Below, in pieces: positions 48,264-57,693 of a stretch of DNA of 64,000 nt. The translations under genes were made by a program, and so were the position numbers. Source of the DNA: an uncultured virus (IMG/VR IMGVR_UViG_3300032087_002549) (taxonomy: Duplodnaviria > Heunggongvirae > Uroviricota > Caudoviricetes > Crassvirales); IMG/VR virus record IMGVR_UViG_3300032087_002549; one strand, written 5' to 3'. The notes under the pieces are model-generated. The model did no database searches. It was not told the DNA's origin and worked only from the letters and a program-made list of their open reading frames with translations. The first letter of the stretch is position 1. Every line of letters begins with the position of its first letter.

Positions 48264-49102
48264 TTAAACACAATGCAATGTTGGCACACAAGTTCGACAA
48301 GTCTAGAGTAGACTGGAACAGCCAAAAAGTATTTATACAAGCAAAGCTCGACGGTGTTCGTTGCTTATTCACAAAAGATGGTGCGTATTCACGTAACCAC
48401 AAACAATTCATGAATGTTAGGCATATTGAAATGGCTCTCAAACCTTTCTTCGATCAACATCCTGACGTTATACTCGATGGCGAGTTATACAATCACAAAC
48501 TAAAACATGATTTCGAAAAAATTATATCATTAGTTCGTAAACAAAAACCTACCGACACTGATAGACTAGATGCTCAGCATCTCGTACAGTTTCATGTATA
48601 TGATTACTTCGATGGTACGAGGTATGATTCATATGATACTAGACGAGATCAACTTATATGTTCTGACATATATGATGCTCAAGTCAAATACGTACATGCT
48701 AAACAAGTTAGCAGTTACGAACAAGCTAGAGAAGACCATGCCACGTTCTTACTTGCTGGCTACGAAGGTAGTATCATCAGACTAGATGGTCTATACAAAC
48801 ACGGTAGATCTTACGACTTAATGAAGTTCAAAGACTTTAGTGATACCGAAGCTACAATTGTTGGCTACGAAATCGGTAAAGGTAAACGTTCAGGCACGCT
48901 AGGCAAGTTCTTAATGCAAGATGACGATGGCGTTAAGTTTGGTTGCCCTCCCGGCAAAGGCTATACGTACAAAGACATGGCAAATATGCTAGCTAATATT
49001 CAAGATTATATTGGCAAGCGTGCGACGTTTACTTATTTTCAAAGAACACAAGCAGGTTCATACAGACACCCGCTATTTAAAACAATACGTAACTATGAGT
49101 AG
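48260..49102 (+). CDS. lig: ATP-dependent DNA ligase
   Basis: KLDGVR, LDGELY, YEGSIIR, LMKFK and RHP motifs. Confidence 0.9.
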   Translation: MIKHNAMLAHKFDKSRVDWNSQKVFIQAKLDGVRCLFTKDGAYSRNHKQFMNVRHIEMALKPFFDQHPDVILDGELYNHKLKHDFEKIISLVRKQKPTDTDRLDAQHLVQFHVYDYFDGTRYDSYDTRRDQLICSDIYDAQVKYVHAKQVSSYEQAREDHATFLLAGYEGSIIRLDGLYKHGRSYDLMKFKDFSDTEATIVGYEIGKGKRSGTLGKFLMQDDDGVKFGCPPGKGYTYKDMANMLANIQDYIGKRATFTYFQRTQAGSYRHPLFKTIRNYE

Positions 49103-49235
49103 AAAATTTAAAAATGATGTACTGTTTAAAGTCTCAGTAGACGTTAACGGTAAGCAAGAATATAATTTTATGGAAAAAAATTATGATCAGCTATGCGATA
49201 AGCTAACTGATGTTATGATACGAGAAACTTTATGA
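49095..49235 (+). CDS. Small hypothetical protein
   Basis: MSRKFKNDV..., coupled to neighbours. Confidence 0.35.
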   Translation: MSRKFKNDVLFKVSVDVNGKQEYNFMEKNYDQLCDKLTDVMIRETL

Positions 49236-49765
49236 ATATATTTTATTTACATAAAGATCCTTATAAAGCTGCACAGATACAATACAATAAGCATGTGGTT
49301 AAAATGATCTTAGAATCAGCCCAGATGCTTTGTACTGCGCATCATCATTATAACAACGGAGATAATGTACCTTATAAAAAAGCACATTACAACCATCCGT
49401 CAACCATATGGTGTAGACAAAACAAAAACCATTATAGATGGTTATACAATCATATGATAGGTTTAGGCCAAGAGTATAAAGCTAGATATGGTAAAGAACA
49501 TCTTACAATAACTAAATGTAGATTACCATTATTTAAATATCCTGTTGGTATGCCAGACGGTAAGTTTAAACAACCTCCACAGGCTATGCCTGATCAGTTC
49601 AAGCGTGATTGTGCTATACACGCATACTGGTTATACTACGTGTATGACAAAAAACATATAGCGCATAACAAAGAATCATTATATGATACTAAATACATTA
49701 AAGATAATTTTGGTTACAGCGACGATTTATCATGCTACACCGGAGCAGACGGACAGCACTCCTGA
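49232..49765 (+). CDS. Pyrimidine-dimer DNA glycosylase (DenV)-like protein
   Basis: MNIFYL..DP...HVVKMILESAQML...HPSTIW...PQAMP. Confidence 0.7.
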   Translation: MNIFYLHKDPYKAAQIQYNKHVVKMILESAQMLCTAHHHYNNGDNVPYKKAHYNHPSTIWCRQNKNHYRWLYNHMIGLGQEYKARYGKEHLTITKCRLPLFKYPVGMPDGKFKQPPQAMPDQFKRDCAIHAYWLYYVYDKKHIAHNKESLYDTKYIKDNFGYSDDLSCYTGADGQHS

Positions 49766-50036
49766 CATAACGGCTAGTAATAAAAAGATAGATCTTAGTA
49801 ATCCACAAAAACATAGGTGGATAGCTGTATCAAGAGATTTAGAGGCTAAAGGTCTAACGTTTGGCGTAAAAGTCAAAGTTACTGGAGCCGGTAATCTTGA
49901 CGGTATATGGACCGTACAAGACAGAATGCACCACAGGTGGTTATCACGTATTGACTTTTTAGTCAATGAAGAAATTACAGGTGGTAAATGGGAAAATGTC
50001 AGAATCGAAATAATCGATGATGACAATAGGTTATAA
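49683..50036 (+). CDS. 3D-domain/RlpA-like cell-wall lytic protein
   Basis: VTATIY...QTDSTPDITA...IAVSRDL...VQDRM...RIDFL. Confidence 0.7.
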   Translation: MILNTLKIILVTATIYHATPEQTDSTPDITASNKKIDLSNPQKHRWIAVSRDLEAKGLTFGVKVKVTGAGNLDGIWTVQDRMHHRWLSRIDFLVNEEITGGKWENVRIEIIDDDNRL

Positions 50037-50064
50037 GATATAATTAGTAATAGGCTAATGTCAC
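50020..50064. promoter_or_regulatory. 45-bp TGACA...TGTCA element (copy 2), overlapping the start codon of the HTH gene
   Basis: ATGACAATAGGTTATAAGATATAATTAGTAATAGGCTAATGTCAC, 31/45 identical (hand count) to the reverse complement of copy 1. Confidence 0.6.
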
Positions 50065-50663
50065 AGAATAGAAATATAAAATGGTTAAATGATAGACGCA
50101 TATTATATAGGAAAGATCCTGTTAATGATGTGCCCACTATTGAAACTGAACAATATAGATACTACAAAAATGGTACGTATGAGTGTTATCACTTGTTTAA
50201 TAGCAAGGCTAAAATAACTACATACAAATCATTGAAATGGCACATGCTTGTATTATATTATCTTAACGAAGATGTAGATTTAAGACCTGTTTTTAAATTT
50301 ATAGCTAACAAAGAAAATGGTTTTGTAACCTTCTTCATTAAACAGCGACTACTAGATGAAATGATAGAAGATGTATTAAAACAAGGCGGTGACCCACCGT
50401 CAAACAAGCTACGTAAAGTAGTGTTTAAAGATTATTCAGGTTTAGACTTGAGTGGTAAATTAAAAATTGTAGGTCAACTAATAGGTAGATCTAGCATTGA
50501 CAAAGATATGATATATGATACTATGTTGGATTTAAACGACATGGGTAAAAAAATAACTATCAGTCGTGTTGCTGGTTTACTTAATTGCTCTACAAGAACA
50601 ATACATCGCCATATGTGTGATGATTTAAAACAAGAAAAACAAATACTAAATGAAGAAATATAA
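50058..50663 (+). CDS. DNA-binding protein with C-terminal HTH
   Basis: KITISRVAGLLNCSTRTIHRH. Confidence 0.65.
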   Translation: MSQNRNIKWLNDRRILYRKDPVNDVPTIETEQYRYYKNGTYECYHLFNSKAKITTYKSLKWHMLVLYYLNEDVDLRPVFKFIANKENGFVTFFIKQRLLDEMIEDVLKQGGDPPSNKLRKVVFKDYSGLDLSGKLKIVGQLIGRSSIDKDMIYDTMLDLNDMGKKITISRVAGLLNCSTRTIHRHMCDDLKQEKQILNEEI

Positions 50664-51420
50664 TTTAGATAATTATATAAGGTACAAAAACGAGGTTCAA
50701 GAACTTGTTAGCAAATTGCCTGAAGTACAAAATAATGACTTCACAATATATGATGATAAGCAAATGATAACATGTTTTTTACCGCTAGTAGAGAACGTTG
50801 CAAGAAAGTTTTCAACTAGTCAACAAGCCTCAGGTGTAATGACTATACTTGATTTGATACAAGAAGGTAGCGCTGGTTTAACACTAGCTGTTGGCAAGCT
50901 TGACAGATCTTTGTTGTTAGAATCTGAAGACCAATTAAAAACATTAAAATCATTTTTCTCAAAACGTATCAAAGGTGCAATACGTAGAGCTGTAGATATT
51001 AATCGTGGTAACATGAGAATACCTGAGCATAAACTAAACGAAATACGTAAGAACTTTGGTCACAACAAGAAAATGGTTGAAATGTTTTTCAATAGTATAT
51101 TTTTAAGTATTGATGAAAAGAAAACAGACCTTAATGAAGACTGGGCTGCTCAGATACCTGATAAGTCAGAGCCATATAACGTGGGTATGTTAAATCAATA
51201 TTTAAAAGGCTTACTTAAAAAACATCTAAACAATAAAGAGTACGAAGTATTACGTATGAGCTATGGTTTAGACTGTGACAAGCATGATGCTAAGACAATA
51301 GCTAGTAAACTAGGTATACAAGGCAGCAGTGCATATGTACGTGTTTCACAGGTTAAAAAACAAGCAGTACAAAAACTTATTGATAATGTAGATTACACAC
51401 AAGTGCTTGATTATCTTTAA
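50650..51420 (+). CDS. Sigma70-family RNA polymerase sigma-like factor
   Basis: Region 2 (LPLVENVARKF...LDLIQEGSAGL...RIKGAIRRA), MRIP, and region 4 (EVLRMSYGL...IASKLG...RVSQVK). Confidence 0.8.
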   Translation: MKKYNLDNYIRYKNEVQELVSKLPEVQNNDFTIYDDKQMITCFLPLVENVARKFSTSQQASGVMTILDLIQEGSAGLTLAVGKLDRSLLLESEDQLKTLKSFFSKRIKGAIRRAVDINRGNMRIPEHKLNEIRKNFGHNKKMVEMFFNSIFLSIDEKKTDLNEDWAAQIPDKSEPYNVGMLNQYLKGLLKKHLNNKEYEVLRMSYGLDCDKHDAKTIASKLGIQGSSAYVRVSQVKKQAVQKLIDNVDYTQVLDYL

Positions 51421-51495
51421 GTTATAGAGTGAACAATTGATTAAATAGCGTTCACCAATATGTAATTATAGATATAGACAATTTAATTTTATAAT

Positions 51496-52005
51496 ATGAC
51501 TTTACAACAAAAACTGGCTCAGATTCAAACTGAGCTCAAGGCTAAAAAGAGTAGATTTAATTCTTTCGGTAAGTATTACTTTCGTAGTGCTGAAGATATA
51601 CTTGAATCAATAAAGCCTTTCTTACTAAAGTACAATGTAACCGTTACTGTAAACGAAAAGTTAATCGCAGAATCTAACGGTGTTCCAGTACTAAAATCAA
51701 CAGCTACAATACACGATGAAAAGGGTATGATGTTATCAACATCAGCCATAGTCGGAGTAGACTTAATGCAAAAGGGTATGCAAACTCCACAACAGTTTGG
51801 TAGCGCATCCTCTTATGGTAAGAAATATGCTTTAGGTAATTTGTTCCTTATTGATGACACACAAGACAGTGATGCTACAAACAATCACAAGTCTGACTTC
51901 GATGTGGATGCAGCTAAAAAGTATATCAAATCTGGCGGTACGTTAGATGCGATAAAGAAAAAATATAAACTTACTCCTGAACTGGAAAAACAACTAACAC
52001 TATAG
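51496..52005 (+). CDS. ERF-family ssDNA annealing protein
   Basis: LKAKKSRFNSFGKYYFRSAEDIL...QQFGSASSYGKKYAL..LF.IDD. Confidence 0.85.
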   Translation: MTLQQKLAQIQTELKAKKSRFNSFGKYYFRSAEDILESIKPFLLKYNVTVTVNEKLIAESNGVPVLKSTATIHDEKGMMLSTSAIVGVDLMQKGMQTPQQFGSASSYGKKYALGNLFLIDDTQDSDATNNHKSDFDVDAAKKYIKSGGTLDAIKKKYKLTPELEKQLTL

Positions 52006-52006
52006 T

Positions 52007-52738
52007 ATGACAAAAGAGGAGATCCTAAAAAAGCTACGTAACGATGAAGATTATTATGGAGACTTTGGTAGGAATTTTTTAAGTACTTCTGATATTGGTG
52101 TGTTGTTAAAAAACCCATTAGCTTATGGCCAACCGTCAAAACAAACATCTGCATTTTTAGTAGGTGGTTATTTTCACACAGCTATACTTGAACCAGATAA
52201 ACTGAAAAAGTATAAAGTGATACAATCATCAACTAGAAATACTAAATTGTATAAAGAGATGTCTGAAGGCGAATTATGTTTATTACAACATGAAGTTGAT
52301 CATATTGAACTTATGACTGAAAAAATTATGAATAATGAAGTTTGCAAAAATTTAATTCAAGGTGCTAGCGTTGACTACGAAGTACCGGGTGTTGCCAAAC
52401 TAAATAAATATACCTGGAAAGGTAAAGCAGACATTATTAATCATGATGATAAAGTTATAGTTGATTTGAAAACTACAGCAGATATAAACAAATTTAGGTC
52501 AAATGCATTTAGGTATAATTACGATGCACAAGCATATATATACAGTCAATTATTTGGCTACGAAATGATATTCTTAGTTATCGACAAAACAACACACCAA
52601 ATAGGAGTGTTTGACTGTTCTGCTGAATTTTATTCGTCAGGGCAAGACAAGGTTAATAGAGCAGAAGATGCTTATGAGCTGTTCTATAAAACCAAGGATT
52701 TTAATCCAAAACAATATTTCATAAGTAAAACACTTTAA
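52007..52738 (+). CDS. PD-(D/E)xK exonuclease (RecE/exo VIII-like)
   Basis: LSTSDI, FHTAILEP, KGKADI...VDLKTT, YDAQAYIY. Confidence 0.8.
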   Translation: MTKEEILKKLRNDEDYYGDFGRNFLSTSDIGVLLKNPLAYGQPSKQTSAFLVGGYFHTAILEPDKLKKYKVIQSSTRNTKLYKEMSEGELCLLQHEVDHIELMTEKIMNNEVCKNLIQGASVDYEVPGVAKLNKYTWKGKADIINHDDKVIVDLKTTADINKFRSNAFRYNYDAQAYIYSQLFGYEMIFLVIDKTTHQIGVFDCSAEFYSSGQDKVNRAEDAYELFYKTKDFNPKQYFISKTL

Positions 52739-52747
52739 TATAATAAT

Positions 52748-52915
52748 ATGGCAAGAACTAGAAAAAGAACATGCGACGTAACAGGCATGACAACAAGCGT
52801 TAACAATTTTTACACTAATCAATCACATGTAAAAGCTGTTGACAATTTAAGAAGAGGCACTGGTGCTACAAAAGCTCAGATGTCTAGAATGTTTAACCAA
52901 TTAAATGCTTATTAA
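52748..52915 (+). CDS. Small hypothetical protein
   Basis: Hand translation MARTRKRTCDVTG...FNQLNAY fills the gap between neighbours. Confidence 0.5.
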   Translation: MARTRKRTCDVTGMTTSVNNFYTNQSHVKAVDNLRRGTGATKAQMSRMFNQLNAY

Positions 52916-52917
52916 TT

Positions 52918-53235
52918 ATGGCAGGAATTATTAAAACCAGTATTAATCTTTCACAAATACCTAAGGATAAAATTATCACAGGTAAGAAAGGTAAATACTT
53001 ACCAATTAGTATCTCAATCAACGATGAACCTGATCAATTTGGAAATCAAGGTCCAGTTGTAGTAGATCAAACCAAGGAAGAAAGAGAAGCTAAAGCAGCT
53101 AAAACTTACCTTGGTAATTGCAGAGTTGTTTGGACAAACGGCGCGTTCCCAGAACCCGTTAGTAATCCACAAGCTGATGGCTCTGTAAGTGTGCAGCAAC
53201 CTGTACAAGATGTAAAAGAAGATTTACCGTTTTAA
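52918..53235 (+). CDS. Probable single-stranded DNA-binding protein
   Basis: 105 aa with acidic EDLPF C-terminus, in the recombination/replication block. Confidence 0.65.
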   Translation: MAGIIKTSINLSQIPKDKIITGKKGKYLPISISINDEPDQFGNQGPVVVDQTKEEREAKAAKTYLGNCRVVWTNGAFPEPVSNPQADGSVSVQQPVQDVKEDLPF

Positions 53236-53244
53236 ATATTATAA

Positions 53245-54975
53245 ATGCAAGTAGAAGATAAAGAGATCAATGGATTTTTGATTGATGAGTTCAATCAATA
53301 CAAGCTTGACGTAGGTAAAACACAGGGGATTTGTCCTCTGTGTTCCCACGACAGGAAACCCAAAAATCAAAAGGCCAAATGTGCGTCTTATGATTGGGAA
53401 CGTGGTCTCGGTACTTGCCACAACTGTAATACAACTTATCAACTACATACTTACAAACGTAAGGGAGCTAGTGAACGTGAATACGTACGTCCTAGTTTTT
53501 CAACTAAGACTCATGAAACTCCCAGTAGTAAAGTTATAGAATGGTTTAAGTCCAGAGGAATATCTCAGGATACTTTAGAAGCATTAAATGTTTCTGAAGG
53601 TCCTGAGTTTATGCCTCAAACTGGTAAAACTGAGAACACAATTAAGTTCAATTATTTTATAGGTAACCAACTAATAAATATTAAATACCGTGACGGCGCT
53701 AAAAACTTTAAATTATATAAAGGTGCTGAAAAAGTATTTTATAATATTAATAGTATTGTTGGTCATACAACCTGTGTAATAGTTGAAGGCGAAATAGATG
53801 TATTATCATTACATGAAGCTGGTATAAGAAATGTTATATCAGTTCCAAATGGTGCTACGTTAAATCACAATAACCTAGATTACTTAGATAACTGTATAGA
53901 TTATTTTGAAGATAAAGAAAAAATAATACTAGCTGTAGATGCTGATGAACCTGGTACTATGTTAAGACAAGAGTTTATACGTAGGCTTGGTGCTGAAAAC
54001 TGTTATTTAGTTGATTTTAATGATTGTAAAGACGCAAACGAATACTTAATAAAATATGGCAGCAACGAGCTTGCTAATGCTATACACAGCGCAATACAAG
54101 TTCCGCTGGAAAATGTTACAACACTTAAAAACGTAGAAAATGATCTTAAAGACTTTGTTAAAAATGGTTTTAAACCTGGCTACCAAGTTGGGCTCAAAAA
54201 TTTCGACGAAGTATTCAGCACTTATACTGGACAGTTTATTACTGTTACTGGTATCCCTAGTAGTGGGAAGTCTGATTTTGTTGATCAAATGGTTGTAGGG
54301 TATAATAAAATGTACGGTTGGAAGACTGCTTTTGCTAGTCCAGAAAACGCGCCTATTTATTTACATGCCCATAAACTTATGCGTAAAACGTGGGGTGATA
54401 TGCCTTCACCTAGTGATATTGGTAGTGGTAAATGGAAAGAAGTTTCTGACCACGTTAACGATAACTATTATTTCATAGATATGGATAAATATAGTTTAGA
54501 ATCAGTATTACGTAAAGGTGCAGAGCTAGTTAAACGTAAAGGTATTAAATGCCTTGTGATAGATCCTTATAATAAGGTCAGAGATACAAATGCAGTTTCA
54601 GATGATGTTAATAGATATACTATGGACTACTTAGCTAAGATTGAGCAGTTCTGTAAAAAGTATGATGTTTTAACGTTTATAGTAGCACATCCAACTAAAA
54701 TGTATAAAGGCCAAGACGGTAGAATGGAAGAACCAACTATGTATAACATAAAAGGCGGTGGTGAATGGTATGATGCTAGTTATCACGGTTTATTAGTACA
54801 TAGAGATTATGAAGCCAAAACTACTAAAGTAAAAGTACTTAAAGTTAAGTTTCAAAACCTAGGTGAAAACGGCGCTGAGGCGCATTTTACATGGGAGCGC
54901 AGATCAGGATCATTTGTGCCACAAGTTAACGTATTAGACGAAAACAAAGATGACAGCAGCCTTCCGTGGGAATAA
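53245..54975 (+). CDS. Primase-helicase (T7 gp4/Twinkle-like)
   Basis: Zn finger CPLC...CHNC, TOPRIM VEGEID and D.DEPG, Walker A GIPSSGKS, LVIDPYN, IVAHP. Confidence 0.9.
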   Translation: MQVEDKEINGFLIDEFNQYKLDVGKTQGICPLCSHDRKPKNQKAKCASYDWERGLGTCHNCNTTYQLHTYKRKGASEREYVRPSFSTKTHETPSSKVIEWFKSRGISQDTLEALNVSEGPEFMPQTGKTENTIKFNYFIGNQLINIKYRDGAKNFKLYKGAEKVFYNINSIVGHTTCVIVEGEIDVLSLHEAGIRNVISVPNGATLNHNNLDYLDNCIDYFEDKEKIILAVDADEPGTMLRQEFIRRLGAENCYLVDFNDCKDANEYLIKYGSNELANAIHSAIQVPLENVTTLKNVENDLKDFVKNGFKPGYQVGLKNFDEVFSTYTGQFITVTGIPSSGKSDFVDQMVVGYNKMYGWKTAFASPENAPIYLHAHKLMRKTWGDMPSPSDIGSGKWKEVSDHVNDNYYFIDMDKYSLESVLRKGAELVKRKGIKCLVIDPYNKVRDTNAVSDDVNRYTMDYLAKIEQFCKKYDVLTFIVAHPTKMYKGQDGRMEEPTMYNIKGGGEWYDASYHGLLVHRDYEAKTTKVKVLKVKFQNLGENGAEAHFTWERRSGSFVPQVNVLDENKDDSSLPWE

Positions 54976-55228
54976 GAAATACAGTATGGGTGAATACACC
55001 CGAACTGATAATGAAGAAAAAGCTAGACTATGGTGTCACGAAAACGATATATGTATAACACCAAGGCAAGCTAAATGGGGAGAGCCTATTTGGTATATAG
55101 ATATAGAAAAAGGTAAATATCCTAATCGTAAAAAACTAGGATCAACACCTAATGTTTATGGACCAATTAGAATATGGGAGAAGATAAGTGAATATCAATT
55201 ATATTATTACAATAAACATGGAAAATAA
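54950..55228 (+). CDS. Hypothetical protein
   Basis: 92 aa, overlaps both neighbours. Confidence 0.5.
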   Translation: MTAAFRGNKKYSMGEYTRTDNEEKARLWCHENDICITPRQAKWGEPIWYIDIEKGKYPNRKKLGSTPNVYGPIRIWEKISEYQLYYYNKHGK

Positions 55229-55859
55229 ATTTTACAACGCTAATCACGCATACAATTACTTGTGGGATTATATAATAAGAAATGGTGTTGATTTTGACAA
55301 TACAAAGGCTATATTTAATTGTGGCTTTACAATTGAAAAACCATTAGAAAATTATATAACAAACGAAGATCGTAATTGGAAGCCTGATTATGCTGAAGCC
55401 GAATGGCAATGGTACTTATCTGGCGATCCTAGTGTTAAAAAGCTAGGTGATATATATGGTAAGGTTCCACCTATATGGGAAAAAATGGCAGATGAAAATG
55501 GTCACGTAAGAAGTAATTACGGTTGGCAATGGCAACGTAATCATCAAATAGATTATGTAGTCAATAAGCTTAAAAACCATAAAGAAACAAGACACGCTGC
55601 TATAAGTATATACGATTGTAAAGAACACGGTACATATGAGTCTGATACTCCTTGTACATATGCTGTTCAATTTACAATACTTAATGATAAACTAAATATG
55701 TCTGTTTATATGCGATCTAATGATCTCTGGTACGGCTTTTGTAATGATCAATACTGTTTTAGTATGTTACAAAAACTTGTTGCAGAGAGACTGTCTATGG
55801 ACACAGGGTGGTATTACCATCACGCACATAACATGCATATATATAACGATAAATTATGA
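55218..55859 (+). CDS. Thymidylate-synthase-family enzyme, dCMP hydroxymethylase/methylase-like
   Basis: SNYG, TPC catalytic Cys, MRSNDLWYGFCND and NMHIY. Asp at the position where ThyA has the dUMP-selecting Asn. Confidence 0.75.
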   Translation: MENKFYNANHAYNYLWDYIIRNGVDFDNTKAIFNCGFTIEKPLENYITNEDRNWKPDYAEAEWQWYLSGDPSVKKLGDIYGKVPPIWEKMADENGHVRSNYGWQWQRNHQIDYVVNKLKNHKETRHAAISIYDCKEHGTYESDTPCTYAVQFTILNDKLNMSVYMRSNDLWYGFCNDQYCFSMLQKLVAERLSMDTGWYYHHAHNMHIYNDKL

Positions 55860-56644
55860 CATATTATATTTATCATATTCCAGGTAAAAAAATTGGTGTT
55901 ACCTGTGATCTTAATAACCGGGTCACAGTTCAGCAAGGTTATAACCCTGATGAATATGAAATACTAGAAAGCTCTACTGATGTTGATTATATATCAACAA
56001 AAGAGAGAAAATTACAAAGAGAATATGGCTACCGGGTAGATATGGTACCATATAAAAACCTTAAACCAAAATCAAATATGAATATAAATATAACTGAACA
56101 GACCACAACGTTTCCAGTTCCGGTGGATAAATTAAAAGGTCAATTGTTTGATAATATGGGTATGTCTTGGCAAACTGATCACGGTAAGTTAGATATAACA
56201 CCTAAAACAATAAACTGGATAATGAAAAACGTTAAAACTTCTATGTTTAATAATAATAGAAGTTATGTATATAACAAAGCATTTGCTAGGTTCTACGAAA
56301 ACAATGATGTGTTTGAAAAACCAGTAGTTAAATGCTGTAAAAAACCTTTAAAAATGTTTGAAAACATTAGACAATGGGCTGATGAAAGAGGACTATACGA
56401 TAAAGGTGATACTAAAACTCAATTAATCAAACTACAAGAAGAAATGGGTGAGCTAGCTAAAGCTACACTAGAAAACGATAAGCCAGAAGTTATAGATGCT
56501 ATTGGTGATATGGTTGTAGTATTAACTAACTTAGCACATTTAAATAATGTAAACATAGAAACGTGTATATCAGAAGCATATAACGTAATATCTAAACGTA
56601 CAGGTAAAATGGTTAACGGAACATTTGTCAAAGATGCAGATTAA
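55856..56644 (+). CDS. MazG-like NTP pyrophosphohydrolase with GIY-YIG-like N-terminus
   Basis: C-terminal KLQEEMGELA...IDAIGDMVVVL...ISKRTG. N-terminal YYIYHI...KIGVT. Confidence 0.75.
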   Translation: MTYYIYHIPGKKIGVTCDLNNRVTVQQGYNPDEYEILESSTDVDYISTKERKLQREYGYRVDMVPYKNLKPKSNMNINITEQTTTFPVPVDKLKGQLFDNMGMSWQTDHGKLDITPKTINWIMKNVKTSMFNNNRSYVYNKAFARFYENNDVFEKPVVKCCKKPLKMFENIRQWADERGLYDKGDTKTQLIKLQEEMGELAKATLENDKPEVIDAIGDMVVVLTNLAHLNNVNIETCISEAYNVISKRTGKMVNGTFVKDAD

Positions 56645-56858
56645 AACTAAAGATAAGATAGTACAGGCTGTACTAAGGAAGATGGATAATCGTAGCATTA
56701 CTGGCCAAAAGAAATATGGCCAAACAATGTGTAACGAAATAGAAACAGGCAAGAAAGGCTTGTGTATGTTTTTAACAGATGTACAAGAAGAGATAATGGA
56801 TGCTTTATTGTATATTGAAGCTGCTAAAAAATGTATTGAAGATGAGAAGAAAGATTAG
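56634..56858 (+). CDS. Small MazG-clan helical protein
   Basis: RS..GQKKYG.TM...QEEIMDALLY. Confidence 0.55.
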   Translation: MQIKTKDKIVQAVLRKMDNRSITGQKKYGQTMCNEIETGKKGLCMFLTDVQEEIMDALLYIEAAKKCIEDEKKD

Positions 56859-57297
56859 AAGAAAGAAAGGACCTGTTACAAGTAGAAAAGTTACTTGTGA
56901 CGGGATAACTTTCGCATCAGGACTAGAAAAACACATGCATTTAGCTCTTAAAAAAGCAAAAATACAAGCTGTTTATGAAGGACATACTTATGAAATATTT
57001 CCAGCGTACCAGTTTGATACATCGGCTTATGAAAGATGCGCTAACGGTAAAGGTGACTATAAAGATCGTGGACATAAAAAGATATTAAACATATCTTATA
57101 CACCAGACTTTATGGGTCAAGGATTTATTATTGAATGTAAAGGTAGAGCAAACGAAAGTTTTCCTTTACGTTGGAAGATGTTTAAAAAATATGTTAAAGA
57201 ACATTTACCTAATGTTATATTGTATAAACCACAAAATCAAAAAGAATGCGAGGAAACAGTAAGGCTAATTTTGAAAAACAAAGGAGCAAGGAGATAG
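56842..57297 (+). CDS. Endonuclease I-like (T7 gp3) resolvase
   Basis: FASGLE...YTPDF...IIECKG. Confidence 0.7.
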   Translation: MRRKIRRKKGPVTSRKVTCDGITFASGLEKHMHLALKKAKIQAVYEGHTYEIFPAYQFDTSAYERCANGKGDYKDRGHKKILNISYTPDFMGQGFIIECKGRANESFPLRWKMFKKYVKEHLPNVILYKPQNQKECEETVRLILKNKGARR

Positions 57298-57551
57298 CAA
57301 GACGTATGTATGGCTTGAGAAAAATTGATACATTTATAAAATGGACAGTAACACAAAGAGGTTATTTAAAATGGAAGCACTTAAAAGAACAATATTTAAA
57401 GTATAACTTACCATGGGACGATTAATATTAAGCTCGTACACTTGGAAGCCTAAAAAGAAAAGACCAGGCATTCACGGTAAAAAGAGAAACACTAACAATA
57501 AAAACGGTAAGTACTATAATGGTACTGCTTATAGAGGACAAGGAAGATAAT

Positions 57552-57692
57552 ATGAAAAGTTGGGAATTAAGTTTTGGCCTGTTTACAGGATTTTTATTTG
57601 GATATAGATCGTATCCAGATGCAGAAAACAATAAGATAGATCATGTATTTTATGTATTTATATTTGACATTTGTTTAACACTACAATATTAA
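57552..57692 (+). CDS. Small hydrophobic protein
   Basis: MKSWELSFGLFTGFLFGYRSY..., ends 1 nt before nrdB. Confidence 0.45.
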   Translation: MKSWELSFGLFTGFLFGYRSYPDAENNKIDHVFYVFIFDICLTLQY

Positions 57693-57693
57693 T

